Positions 56,961 to 64,000 of a stretch of DNA of 64,000 nt are shown in pieces. Below the pieces are notes generated by a model. It was not told the DNA's origin, searched no databases, and saw only the letters and a program-made list of their open reading frames with translations. The position numbers and the translations under genes are program-made. Source of the stretch: Baekduia sp. (GTDB lineage: Bacteria; Actinomycetota; Thermoleophilia; Solirubrobacterales; Solirubrobacteraceae); the NCBI GenBank assembly GCA_036009425.1, contig DASYLT010000203.1, positions 2,144-66,143 on the forward strand, given 5' to 3'. The first letter of the stretch is position 1, and the number at the start of each line of letters is the position of its first letter.

Positions 56961-58622
56961 CTAGGCGGCTCGGACGAAGCGCTTGCCGCGCCGTGGCGGG
57001 TTGGTGATGGCGGAGGCCCAGTCGCCGGCGTCGACGCGGCCGGCGACGACGTCGGCCAGCCCGTTGACGGCGGGCGCGTCGATGCCGCCCTCTCTCAGGG
57101 CGACCGCCAGCAGCGGCAGGGCGTCAAGGCTCTCGGGGGTCTGCCCGAGGGCGGTCTCGATGTCGGCCGGGGCCGTGCCGGCGGCCAGCAGCTCGCCGGC
57201 GCGGCGGTTGCGCGAGCCCTGCGCGACGAGGGTGGCGATCAGGTCGCCGGTGCCTGCTAGGCCGGCGAAGGTCGCCTCGTGGGCACCCTGGCGGCGGGCG
57301 TAGGCGTCGACCTCGGCGAAGACGCGCCCGGCGGCGGCGCCGGCGGCGTTGGGGCCCGCGGGGCCGGCGGTGGCGGCGGCCAGCGCGGCGGCGTTCTTGG
57401 CGGCGCCGGCGAGCTCGATGCCCACCGTGTCGGTCGACGTCTCGGCGTAGATCCCCGCCTTGCCGAGCAGGTCGGCGAGCTGGCGGCCGAGCCCGGCGTC
57501 GGCGCAGCCGACCACCACGGCGGCGCCGTTGTCGAGCGCGTCGGCGGCGTGCGCGGGACCGCCGAGGCAGGCGACGGCACGGGCTCTGGCGAGCTTCTCG
57601 GCGTAGGCGCTCGGCAGCAGGCCGTGCGGCGGGACGAGGCCCTTGGACGCGACGAGCATGCCGGTGCGCGCGACGATCCCGGCGCCGTGGGCGGCGAGCA
57701 CCTCGGGCAGCGCCCGGGCGGGGACGGCGATGACGACGAGGTCGTGGCGGCCCAGCTCGAGGTCGGCCGCGCGGAGGACGGAGATCTGGTCGGGCAGCGC
57801 CTCGCCCGGGAGGTAGCGATCGTTGACGCGGGCGGTGGCGAGGAGCTCGGCCTGCGCGGCGGTGCGGGTGCCGAGCTCGACCTCGACGCCGGCGCGGGCC
57901 AGCGCCACGGCCAGGCCGGTGCCCCAGGAGCCGGCGCCGATGACGGCGGCACGGCGGATGGGCGGCAGGCCGCCGAGCCACTCCCACTGCAGCATCACGC
58001 ACGGCCAGATGCGGTCGGTGACCGCGCCGGCGAGCTCGGCGGACGGGTGGTCGACCGTCGGGAAGCGCAGCGGAGCCCCGGCGCGGATCGAGACCTTGTG
58101 CGGGCGGATGCGCCACTTCTTGCGGATCTCCTCGGTGCCGATGACGGCGACCGGGATGACCGGTGCGCCGGTCTCCAGCGCCAGGCGGCCGACGCCGCGC
58201 TTCGGGGCGGCGAGCCCGCCGGGCCGGATGCGCGTGCCCTCGGGGAAGATCAGGACGGCGTCACCGCGCTCGAGGATCTGGCGGGCCGTGCCCATCGCGT
58301 CCTCGTCGGCCGCGCCGCGGTCGATCGGGAACGCGCCGAGGCTGTTGAGGAACCACGCCGTCAGCGGCTTGGCGAACAGCTCCTTCTTGGCCACGTAGTA
58401 GAGCGGACGACGCGACATGCAGGCGATGACGAACGGGTCCAGGAACGACCGGTGGTTGGCGGCGAAGATGACCGGGCCGTCGGCGGGGATGTGCTCGCGC
58501 CCGATCCGCGCCATCCGGAAGTAGAGATGGAAGAACGGCTGCAGCACACCCCGGACGATCCAGTAGACGAGCGGGTTGACACCCTTGTTGCGGGCGCGGT
58601 CCAGATGCCGGTTGCTCTCCAT
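56961..58622 (-). CDS. Fusion of PlsC-like acyltransferase and GpsA-like glycerol-3-phosphate dehydrogenase
   Basis: NHRSFLD and FPEGTR, then GAGSWGT, SKG, ELAGAAKN, GLAGTGDL, SRN in one frame. Confidence 0.88.
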   Translation of the reverse strand: MESNRHLDRARNKGVNPLVYWIVRGVLQPFFHLYFRMARIGREHIPADGPVIFAANHRSFLDPFVIACMSRRPLYYVAKKELFAKPLTAWFLNSLGAFPIDRGAADEDAMGTARQILERGDAVLIFPEGTRIRPGGLAAPKRGVGRLALETGAPVIPVAVIGTEEIRKKWRIRPHKVSIRAGAPLRFPTVDHPSAELAGAVTDRIWPCVMLQWEWLGGLPPIRRAAVIGAGSWGTGLAVALARAGVEVELGTRTAAQAELLATARVNDRYLPGEALPDQISVLRAADLELGRHDLVVIAVPARALPEVLAAHGAGIVARTGMLVASKGLVPPHGLLPSAYAEKLARARAVACLGGPAHAADALDNGAAVVVGCADAGLGRQLADLLGKAGIYAETSTDTVGIELAGAAKNAAALAAATAGPAGPNAAGAAAGRVFAEVDAYARRQGAHEATFAGLAGTGDLIATLVAQGSRNRRAGELLAAGTAPADIETALGQTPESLDALPLLAVALREGGIDAPAVNGLADVVAGRVDAGDWASAITNPPRRGKRFVRAA

Positions 58623-58667
58623 CGCATCTGGCGTACCCCACCTCGGCGGCCGGGGTTACAGTGGCGC

Positions 58668-59207
58668 ATGGCCATCGACCGCGCTCGCACCGCCCGCGGA
58701 GCCGTCGCCGGGGCGGTCGCCGCCGCCGTCTGGGCGCTCCAGCAGCCGCTCGACCAGCGCGTCTTCGGCGTCCGCTACGACGAGACCGAGCTGCTCGGCA
58801 AGCTCGTCACGCGCGGCCCCGCCTGGCCCGCGGCCGGACTGGTGCTGCACCTCGTCAACGGCGCGGCGTTCGGGGCGCTGTACGCCGGCGTCGTGTCGCC
58901 GCGCCTGCCGCTGCCGTCCTGGGCGCGCGGGCCGGCGGCGGGCCTCGGCGAGCACCTCGGCTCCTGGCCGCTGATGCTGGTGACCGACCGCCTCCACCCT
59001 GCCCGTGCGGACATGCCGACGTTGAGTAGCAACCCGCGGGCGTTCGCCCAGGCGACCTGGCGCCACCTCCTCTTCGGCACCGTCCTCGGCGAGCTCGAAC
59101 GCCGCCTGAACCCCGAGCCCGACGATGAGCCGCCCGGCCAGGAGCACGTCGTGTCCACCAACGGCCACGGCAACATCGAGCACGCGATGACGGGCCGGGA
59201 GAGCTGA
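58668..59207 (+). CDS. Hypothetical membrane-associated protein
   Basis: High-GC3 ORF with TACAGT -10 just upstream. Confidence 0.75.
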   Translation: MAIDRARTARGAVAGAVAAAVWALQQPLDQRVFGVRYDETELLGKLVTRGPAWPAAGLVLHLVNGAAFGALYAGVVSPRLPLPSWARGPAAGLGEHLGSWPLMLVTDRLHPARADMPTLSSNPRAFAQATWRHLLFGTVLGELERRLNPEPDDEPPGQEHVVSTNGHGNIEHAMTGRES

Positions 59208-59233
59208 GGGGCGCTTAGACTCCGGCTGAGCCC

Positions 59234-59306
59234 GCCGGAGTAGCTCAGTTGGTAGAGCACTGCTCTTGTAAAGCAGGTGTCACGGGTTCGAATCCCGTCT
59301 CCGGCT
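59234..59306 (+). tRNA. tRNA-Thr(TGT), CCA not encoded
   Basis: GCCGGAG/CTCCGGC acceptor stem, TAGCTCAGTTGGTAGAGC D arm, CTGCT-CTTGTAA-AGCAG anticodon arm, GGTTCGAATCC T arm. Confidence 0.97.
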
Positions 59307-59757
59307 CTGGGGTTGTGGGCTCGTCGCGCCAATCGGGCAGTTGGTAGTCAGCCGCCCACGTGATGCCGTGCCGCTGGCCGTTGACGGCAGGGGCCACCCG
59401 GAGGCATCCGATGCCCGCGGCAGGGACGTCGACGGGTACGAGGTAGTTCAGGTGATTCTGCGGGCAGTGAACCGCGAACAGGTCGGCCTCGCCCGCATAG
59501 CTTCGCCGGTGCACGCCCGACCGGCTCCCACGGGTGCTCACGGTGTTGAACCGGATGACGCCGCGCTTCAGGCGCCCCGTCTTGCACTGCACCCGAACGA
59601 TTCGATCGCCGAGGTCGAGCAGGAAGTCATAGCGGTGGTTGTGCCCGATCGGCAGGAACACGGCGTACCCGAGTTGCACAAGCGCGTTGGCAATGGCCAT
59701 CTCGGATCGAAGGCCGACATCGACGGGGTGGGCACTCTGAGCGGGAGCTAGCAACAC
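59245..59757 (-). CDS. PD-(D/E)XK endonuclease of the group I intron-associated (I-Ssp6803I-like) family
   Basis: G..SE helix, RYDFLLD, RVQCKTG, Y....D.FAVHCP, YLVPV. Confidence 0.8.
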   Translation of the reverse strand: MLLAPAQSAHPVDVGLRSEMAIANALVQLGYAVFLPIGHNHRYDFLLDLGDRIVRVQCKTGRLKRGVIRFNTVSTRGSRSGVHRRSYAGEADLFAVHCPQNHLNYLVPVDVPAAGIGCLRVAPAVNGQRHGITWAADYQLPDWRDEPTTPEPETGFEPVTPALQEQCSTN

Positions 59758-59770
59758 GAACGTATGTTCG
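59757..59770. promoter_or_regulatory. LexA (SOS) box
   Basis: CGAAC-GTAT-GTTCG, matching the Gram-positive consensus, at the endonuclease start. Confidence 0.85.
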
Positions 59771-59933
59771 CATCTCGGCCGGACGTCATCGCTCGGTGCG
59801 GCGGACCCGCCTCGGCGCGCCGCTCGAGCGTCCCATGGAGTCGAAAGGCACCGCGGCCGTCGAGGGACGACTCAGCCGCGACTATCGCGGTTCAGTCGTC
59901 CCTCGGCGCCCCGCACGACCATCAAGTCCCGAA

Positions 59934-60055
59934 CGACCCCGCCCCCAGGCGCCGGCGGAGGACGCCGAGCGCCGGCACCGCACGACGCGCACTCGTCACT
60001 GCCCCCGAACCACGCCCCGCAGCACGATCGGCGCCCGCACGGAGCACCAGCCACG
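59934..60055 (+). repeat. Dispersed intergenic repeat, copy B
   Basis: Matches 32425-32543. Confidence 0.8.
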
Positions 60056-60069
60056 CGCCGCAGCACGAC

Positions 60070-61209
60070 CTACAGCCGGTCCCTCCACGTCACCGCCGCC
60101 GACGCCACCTGCGCGAGGGCGTCTTCGAGCTTCATGCGGTTGTCGGCGCGCCGTGCGGTGCCGAGGGCCTTGAGCGCGTCGGCGAGCAGGGCAGGCCCGG
60201 CCGGGCCTTCGGCGCGCAGCGCGTCGATCTCGCCGGCGGTCAGCTTGCGTGGCGCGCCCGTTGCCGCGACCGCCACCTCGGCGTACTCGCGCTCGGCGCG
60301 CTCGGCGCGCGACTCGGCGCGGCGGGCCGCGTCCTCGGCCACGCGGGCGCGGGTGAGCGCGTCGTCGACGATCTGCTGCTCGGGCGATGCCTCGACCACG
60401 CGCTCGACGCGCACGGGAGACCGCAGCGCGCCGGCGACGCGGGCCTCGGCGGTCTCCACCCGCTCCTGCGCGCCGGCGATCGCCGCCTGCGCCTCGGCCA
60501 GCTCGGCGCCCAGGCCGCGCTTCGCCGCTCGGGCGTCGGAGATGGTCGCCTCGGCGCGCTCCAGGCGCGACGCGAGCTTCGCGGCCGTCCGCCGCGCCTC
60601 AGCGGCGTCCATCCTGGCCTCGGCCAGCTCGGCCTTCAGGGCGCCGGCACGCGCTTCGGCGGCCTCCCGACCACGCTCGACGCGCGCCAGCGCGCCGGCG
60701 TCGGCCACGCGCTCGCGGACGATCTTCGTCTTGACCTTCGGGACGGACTCGGCCCGCAGCCGGGCGCGCTCGAGCTGCGTCGCCAGGCGCTCGGCGCGGG
60801 TCTCCGCCTCGGCGGCACGGGCCAGCGCGGCGTCGACCGCGACGCGGGCGTCGTGCTCGAGGCGCTGGATCGCGCGCTCGGAGAGGTCGACCTCGGTGCG
60901 GCGGCGCGGGCCGCGCTTGGCAGGCTCGAAGCCGGCCGCGCGGATCGCGCGCTCCAGCGAGCCGTCGAAGCAGCGACGGGCGGCGTTGGCCGACGGGTAG
61001 GCCGATCCGCAGACGGGGCAGCCGGCGCGGTAGCGCTCGATGCGCCAGACCTGGCCGGTGATCTTCGCCTGGCCGGGGTTGAAGTCCGCCAGGCGCGGGA
61101 CCTCGCCGTGGGCCTCGACGAAGTGCTGGATCTCGGTGATGACGGACTCGGGAGTCCACTGCGGGGCCTTGCCCCGCCGTGGGGCCCCCGCGATCTGCAC
61201 GGGGGACAA
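60070..61209 (-). CDS. Protein with homing-endonuclease-associated-repeat-like N-terminus and long coiled-coil
   Basis: WT.E.VI..I..F....G..P...DF and YPS....RCFDGS...AI.AAG pattern, then Ala/Arg/Glu heptads. Confidence 0.65.
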   Translation of the reverse strand: MSPVQIAGAPRRGKAPQWTPESVITEIQHFVEAHGEVPRLADFNPGQAKITGQVWRIERYRAGCPVCGSAYPSANAARRCFDGSLERAIRAAGFEPAKRGPRRRTEVDLSERAIQRLEHDARVAVDAALARAAEAETRAERLATQLERARLRAESVPKVKTKIVRERVADAGALARVERGREAAEARAGALKAELAEARMDAAEARRTAAKLASRLERAEATISDARAAKRGLGAELAEAQAAIAGAQERVETAEARVAGALRSPVRVERVVEASPEQQIVDDALTRARVAEDAARRAESRAERAEREYAEVAVAATGAPRKLTAGEIDALRAEGPAGPALLADALKALGTARRADNRMKLEDALAQVASAAVTWRDRL

Positions 61210-61241
61210 GTGCGAGTCCCCCTAAGGCAGGCGCTGAGGCC

Positions 61242-61262
61242 GGGTCGACGGTCCGTCGACCC
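61242..61262. terminator. Hairpin downstream of tag
   Basis: GGGTCGACG-GTC-CGTCGACCC. Confidence 0.45.
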
Positions 61263-61386
61263 ACGCCGGGTGGCGCGGATCGCGTCCGGGCAGCGGCCCG
61301 GATGACGCGTGGGGAGGTTCAGGGGTGCGCAGCATCGTTCTCCCCCACCGTATCGACACCGGCGCCGCGATCCAACAGCGGGCGCG

Positions 61387-61971
61387 TCAGCCCACGCGCT
61401 GCGCGGCTTCGGTGGCCTCCCGGGCCACGCAGCCGGCGAGATGGTCGTTGACCAGCCCGCAGGCCTGCATCGACGCGTAGGCGGTCGTCGGTCCGACGAA
61501 CCGGAAGCCCTCGCGCTTGAGCGCCTTGGCCAGCGCTGTCGACTCCGGGGTCAGCGCCGGGACGTCGCCCCAGCCCTGCGGGGCCGGGCGCGCTGGCGGT
61601 GCGTGCGACCACACCAACTCCGACAGCGTCCGGCCGCCGTCGTGCAGCGCCACCAGCGCCCGGGCGTTGGCGATCGTCGCCACGACCTTCAGGCGGTTGC
61701 GGACGATGCCTGCGTCGGCCATCAGTCGCGCGACCTCCTCCTCCCCGTACTGCGCCACGACCTCGGCGTCGAAGTCGGCGAACGCCGCACGGAAGTTGTC
61801 GCGCTTGCGCAGGATCGTGATCCACGCCAGGCCCGACTGGAACGCCTCGAGCGAGAACCGCTCGAACAACCCGCGGTCGTCGCGGACGGGCCGTCCCCAC
61901 TCGTCGTCGTGATACGCGCGGTACAGGGGATCGTCGCCCCCGAAGCAGCGCAGCTCAGCGGCGGCCGACAC
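61387..61971 (-). CDS. tag: DNA-3-methyladenine glycosylase I
   Basis: YHDDEWG, LEAFQSGLAW, GIVRNR.K, FVGPTT, NDH...C. Confidence 0.95.
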   Translation of the reverse strand: MSAAAELRCFGGDDPLYRAYHDDEWGRPVRDDRGLFERFSLEAFQSGLAWITILRKRDNFRAAFADFDAEVVAQYGEEEVARLMADAGIVRNRLKVVATIANARALVALHDGGRTLSELVWSHAPPARPAPQGWGDVPALTPESTALAKALKREGFRFVGPTTAYASMQACGLVNDHLAGCVAREATEAAQRVG

Positions 61972-61978
61972 GCTCCGT

Positions 61979-62353
61979 CTACGGCTTCTTCTTGACCGTG
62001 ATCGTCATCTTCATCTCTTCCTCGTGGAAGGTGCAGATGATCTTGTAGGTGCCCGCCCGGGTCAGCTTGCGCTTGAAGCTCTCGCCGGCCGCCAGCGGGT
62101 CGGACGCGAACTTCTTGACGCCCTTGGGCGCGGTCTTGAGCGCCACGTCGTGGACGTCGGTCTCCTGCTCGCTCCAGCGCCAGTTGACGCTGTCGCCGAC
62201 GTGGACGACCAGCTTGGACGGCCCGTAGTAGTTGTCGTTGACCGACACGGTGCGCGTCTTGCCCGACGACGACGTCGCCGCGACCGCCAGGGCGGGCGCC
62301 GCGGCAACTGCCGCGGCGCCCGTCAGCGCCATGAGCGCCCGGCGGCCCGTCAC
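61979..62353 (-). CDS. Secreted cupredoxin (plastocyanin/azurin-like)
   Basis: HDV and CTFHEEEM type 1 Cu ligands; RR-containing signal peptide. Confidence 0.85.
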   Translation of the reverse strand: MTGRRALMALTGAAAVAAAPALAVAATSSSGKTRTVSVNDNYYGPSKLVVHVGDSVNWRWSEQETDVHDVALKTAPKGVKKFASDPLAAGESFKRKLTRAGTYKIICTFHEEEMKMTITVKKKP

Positions 62354-63672
62354 TTGACGGTGCCCGCCACGTAGTGGTCCAGCGGCGTGATGCCCGCCTG
62401 CGGGGCGTGGTCGTGCTTGACCAGGAACGCCTCGTGCGTGCCGTCCAGCGCCCAGTCGATGAGCTGCTTCTGGACGTCGGCCGAGAACGCGTTGGCGCCT
62501 GTGAACGGGCACGCCGGCATCGTCGACGCGTCGGCGGGGACGGTGACCGCCGCGCCGGTGTTGGCGCTGAGGCAGTTGTCGCTGCCGTTGCCGTCGTAGC
62601 CCAGGTCGCGGCCGTTGAGATCGGTGCCGTTGAGCCCCATCTGGTTGTTGGAGATCGAGTTGCCGACGAGGTCCATCGCCGCGGGCACCTTGGTCAGCAG
62701 GAACTGCTGGATCATGCCGGCGCCCATCAGCCAGTTGCCGTAGACCCGGTTGTTCTCGACGCGGTTGTGACGGCCGCCGAACAGCAGCACGCCGACACCC
62801 ACCGGGTACGCGGTGGAGTCCGCGGCCGGCGGCATGACCTTGAACGGCGCGCCGGCGTAGTAGTTGAAGTTGTTCCAGAAGATGTCGTTGTCGGTGATGA
62901 CGTTCTCCTCCGCCGGCGCGTACTTCTCCGAGCTCAGCGCGTTCGGGACGACACCCGTGCCGTTGTTGTAGAACTTCGACTTCGTGATGGTCACGTAGCG
63001 CATGTTCGTCCCGGACCAGCCGAGGACGTTCCCGTAGGACTTGATGTTGCGCACGATCGAGCGGACCGGCTTGGTCTGCGGCGGCGTCTGGCCGATGTAG
63101 AAGCCGGAGTCGCTGTTCCACGCGGCCTCGGAGTCGGTGATGGACCCGCCGACCGAGTTGAAGGCGTAGACGCCGTACACGCCGACCAGGAACGCCTTCA
63201 CGTTGGTGAAGGTGTAGCCGTTGACGTTGACCGCGAAGAAGCCGTTGGCCTTGTAGTGCTGGGCCTGGAAGCCGTTGACGGTGACCTCGTTGGCGCCGTT
63301 GATCTGCACGCCGTTGGCGCCCTTGACGCCCTTGCCCTCGAGGATGACCTTGCTCGGGTCCTTCGGATCGCCGATGAGCTTGACGAAGCGCTTGGCGACG
63401 CCCTTGACCGAGACGCTCTCGCGGTAGGTGCCGTGGGCGACCTTGACCGTGTCGCCGGGCTTGGCCTTGTTGACGGCCGCCTGGATCGTCGGGAAGCACG
63501 CCTTGCTGCCCATGCAGACCTTCAGCGTCTTGAACGGGCCCTTGGGCTTGGCGTTGCCGCCGCTGCCGGGTTTGGACGGCGGCGGGTAGTCGACGGCGGA
63601 CGCCGCCGGGACGAAGGCCAGCGCGGCCACGAGGGCGACGGCGGGGACGATGGTGAGCCTGCGATACGACAC
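62350..63672 (-). CDS. Secreted right-handed parallel beta-helix protein (NosD-like)
   Basis: TIQAAVN.AKPGDTV.V..GTY, DSGFYIG, Asn-rich repeats. Confidence 0.85.
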   Translation of the reverse strand: MSYRRLTIVPAVALVAALAFVPAASAVDYPPPSKPGSGGNAKPKGPFKTLKVCMGSKACFPTIQAAVNKAKPGDTVKVAHGTYRESVSVKGVAKRFVKLIGDPKDPSKVILEGKGVKGANGVQINGANEVTVNGFQAQHYKANGFFAVNVNGYTFTNVKAFLVGVYGVYAFNSVGGSITDSEAAWNSDSGFYIGQTPPQTKPVRSIVRNIKSYGNVLGWSGTNMRYVTITKSKFYNNGTGVVPNALSSEKYAPAEENVITDNDIFWNNFNYYAGAPFKVMPPAADSTAYPVGVGVLLFGGRHNRVENNRVYGNWLMGAGMIQQFLLTKVPAAMDLVGNSISNNQMGLNGTDLNGRDLGYDGNGSDNCLSANTGAAVTVPADASTMPACPFTGANAFSADVQKQLIDWALDGTHEAFLVKHDHAPQAGITPLDHYVAGTVK

Positions 63673-63683
63673 GTGAACTCCTC

Positions 63684-64000
63684 CTACTGCTCGACGAGGT
63701 ACCAGCCCGCCATCCCCGCGTCCTGATGGGAGAAGACGTGGCAGTGGTAGAGCCAGCGGCCCGGGTTGTCTTCGACGAAGCGGACCGTCGTGGTCTCGTT
63801 GGGCCCGACGGTGGGCGTGTCGACGAAGGCGCCCGACGCGTCCTGCCATCGGTGACCGTGGATGTGGAAATCGTGGAAGTTGTTGTCCATCCCGAACACG
63901 TGCAGGGCGACCTGTTGGCCGACCTTCGCGCGCAGGATGGGCGTGTTGCCGGCGAAGGCGCGCCCGTTGATGCACTGGTACGAGCGCTTGAGCCCCGTGA
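63684..64000 (-). CDS. Multicopper oxidase, C-terminal part (5' end outside window)
   Basis: HDFHIHGH and WLYHCHVFSHQDAGM. Confidence 0.9.
   Translation of the reverse strand, partial: TGLKRSYQCINGRAFAGNTPILRAKVGQQVALHVFGMDNNFHDFHIHGHRWQDASGAFVDTPTVGPNETTTVRFVEDNPGRWLYHCHVFSHQDAGMAGWYLVEQ

Noticed and set aside
59234..59306. Group I intron in the tRNA
   Set aside because: The 73-nt cloverleaf is contiguous and the nuclease lies outside it on the opposite strand
222..63975. Many long antisense or alternative-frame ORFs and long N-terminal extensions (e.g. 35418-38093, 18033-21545, 20333-23308)
   Set aside because: Shadow ORFs expected at very high GC; they overlap genes with clear family motifs, and starts were trimmed accordingly
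59234..64000. Integrated genomic island or prophage at tRNA-Thr
   Set aside because: No integrase and no second copy of the tRNA 3' end seen downstream; ordinary genes resume by 61.4 kb

Overview
Very GC-rich, gene-dense chromosomal window from an actinobacterium, most likely Thermoleophilia/Solirubrobacterales (inferred from AddAB-type helicase-nuclease, topoisomerase III, PlsC-GpsA fusion and many leaderless genes). The left end (1-9.3 kb) is a general-stress island: Ku, PfpI, a ferritin-like protein, a family 1 encapsulin with its ferritin-like cargo, two SigB/SigF-type sigma factors, a MerR-GAF regulator and an ANTAR regulator. The middle carries addAB, a DHH protein, topB, marP, a PBP, FHA-ParA-L,D-transpeptidase, lysA-hom-thrC-thrB, a split Psp locus, a c-di-AMP riboswitch, xseAB, two ECF sigma/anti-sigma pairs and a PlsC-GpsA fusion. 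The right end has tRNA-Thr(TGT) and a copper-protein operon. Best candidates for undescribed biology: (i) a LexA-box-controlled PD-(D/E)XK endonuclease running antisense into an intron-less tRNA-Thr, next to a homing-endonuclease-repeat protein; (ii) a structured RNA of up to ~430 nt containing a 17-codon ORF with a sequestered Shine-Dalgarno (50.7-51.1 kb); (iii) several REP-like repeat families, including a 71-bp palindromic array and a triplicated gene end. All calls are from manual reading; no database searches were run.
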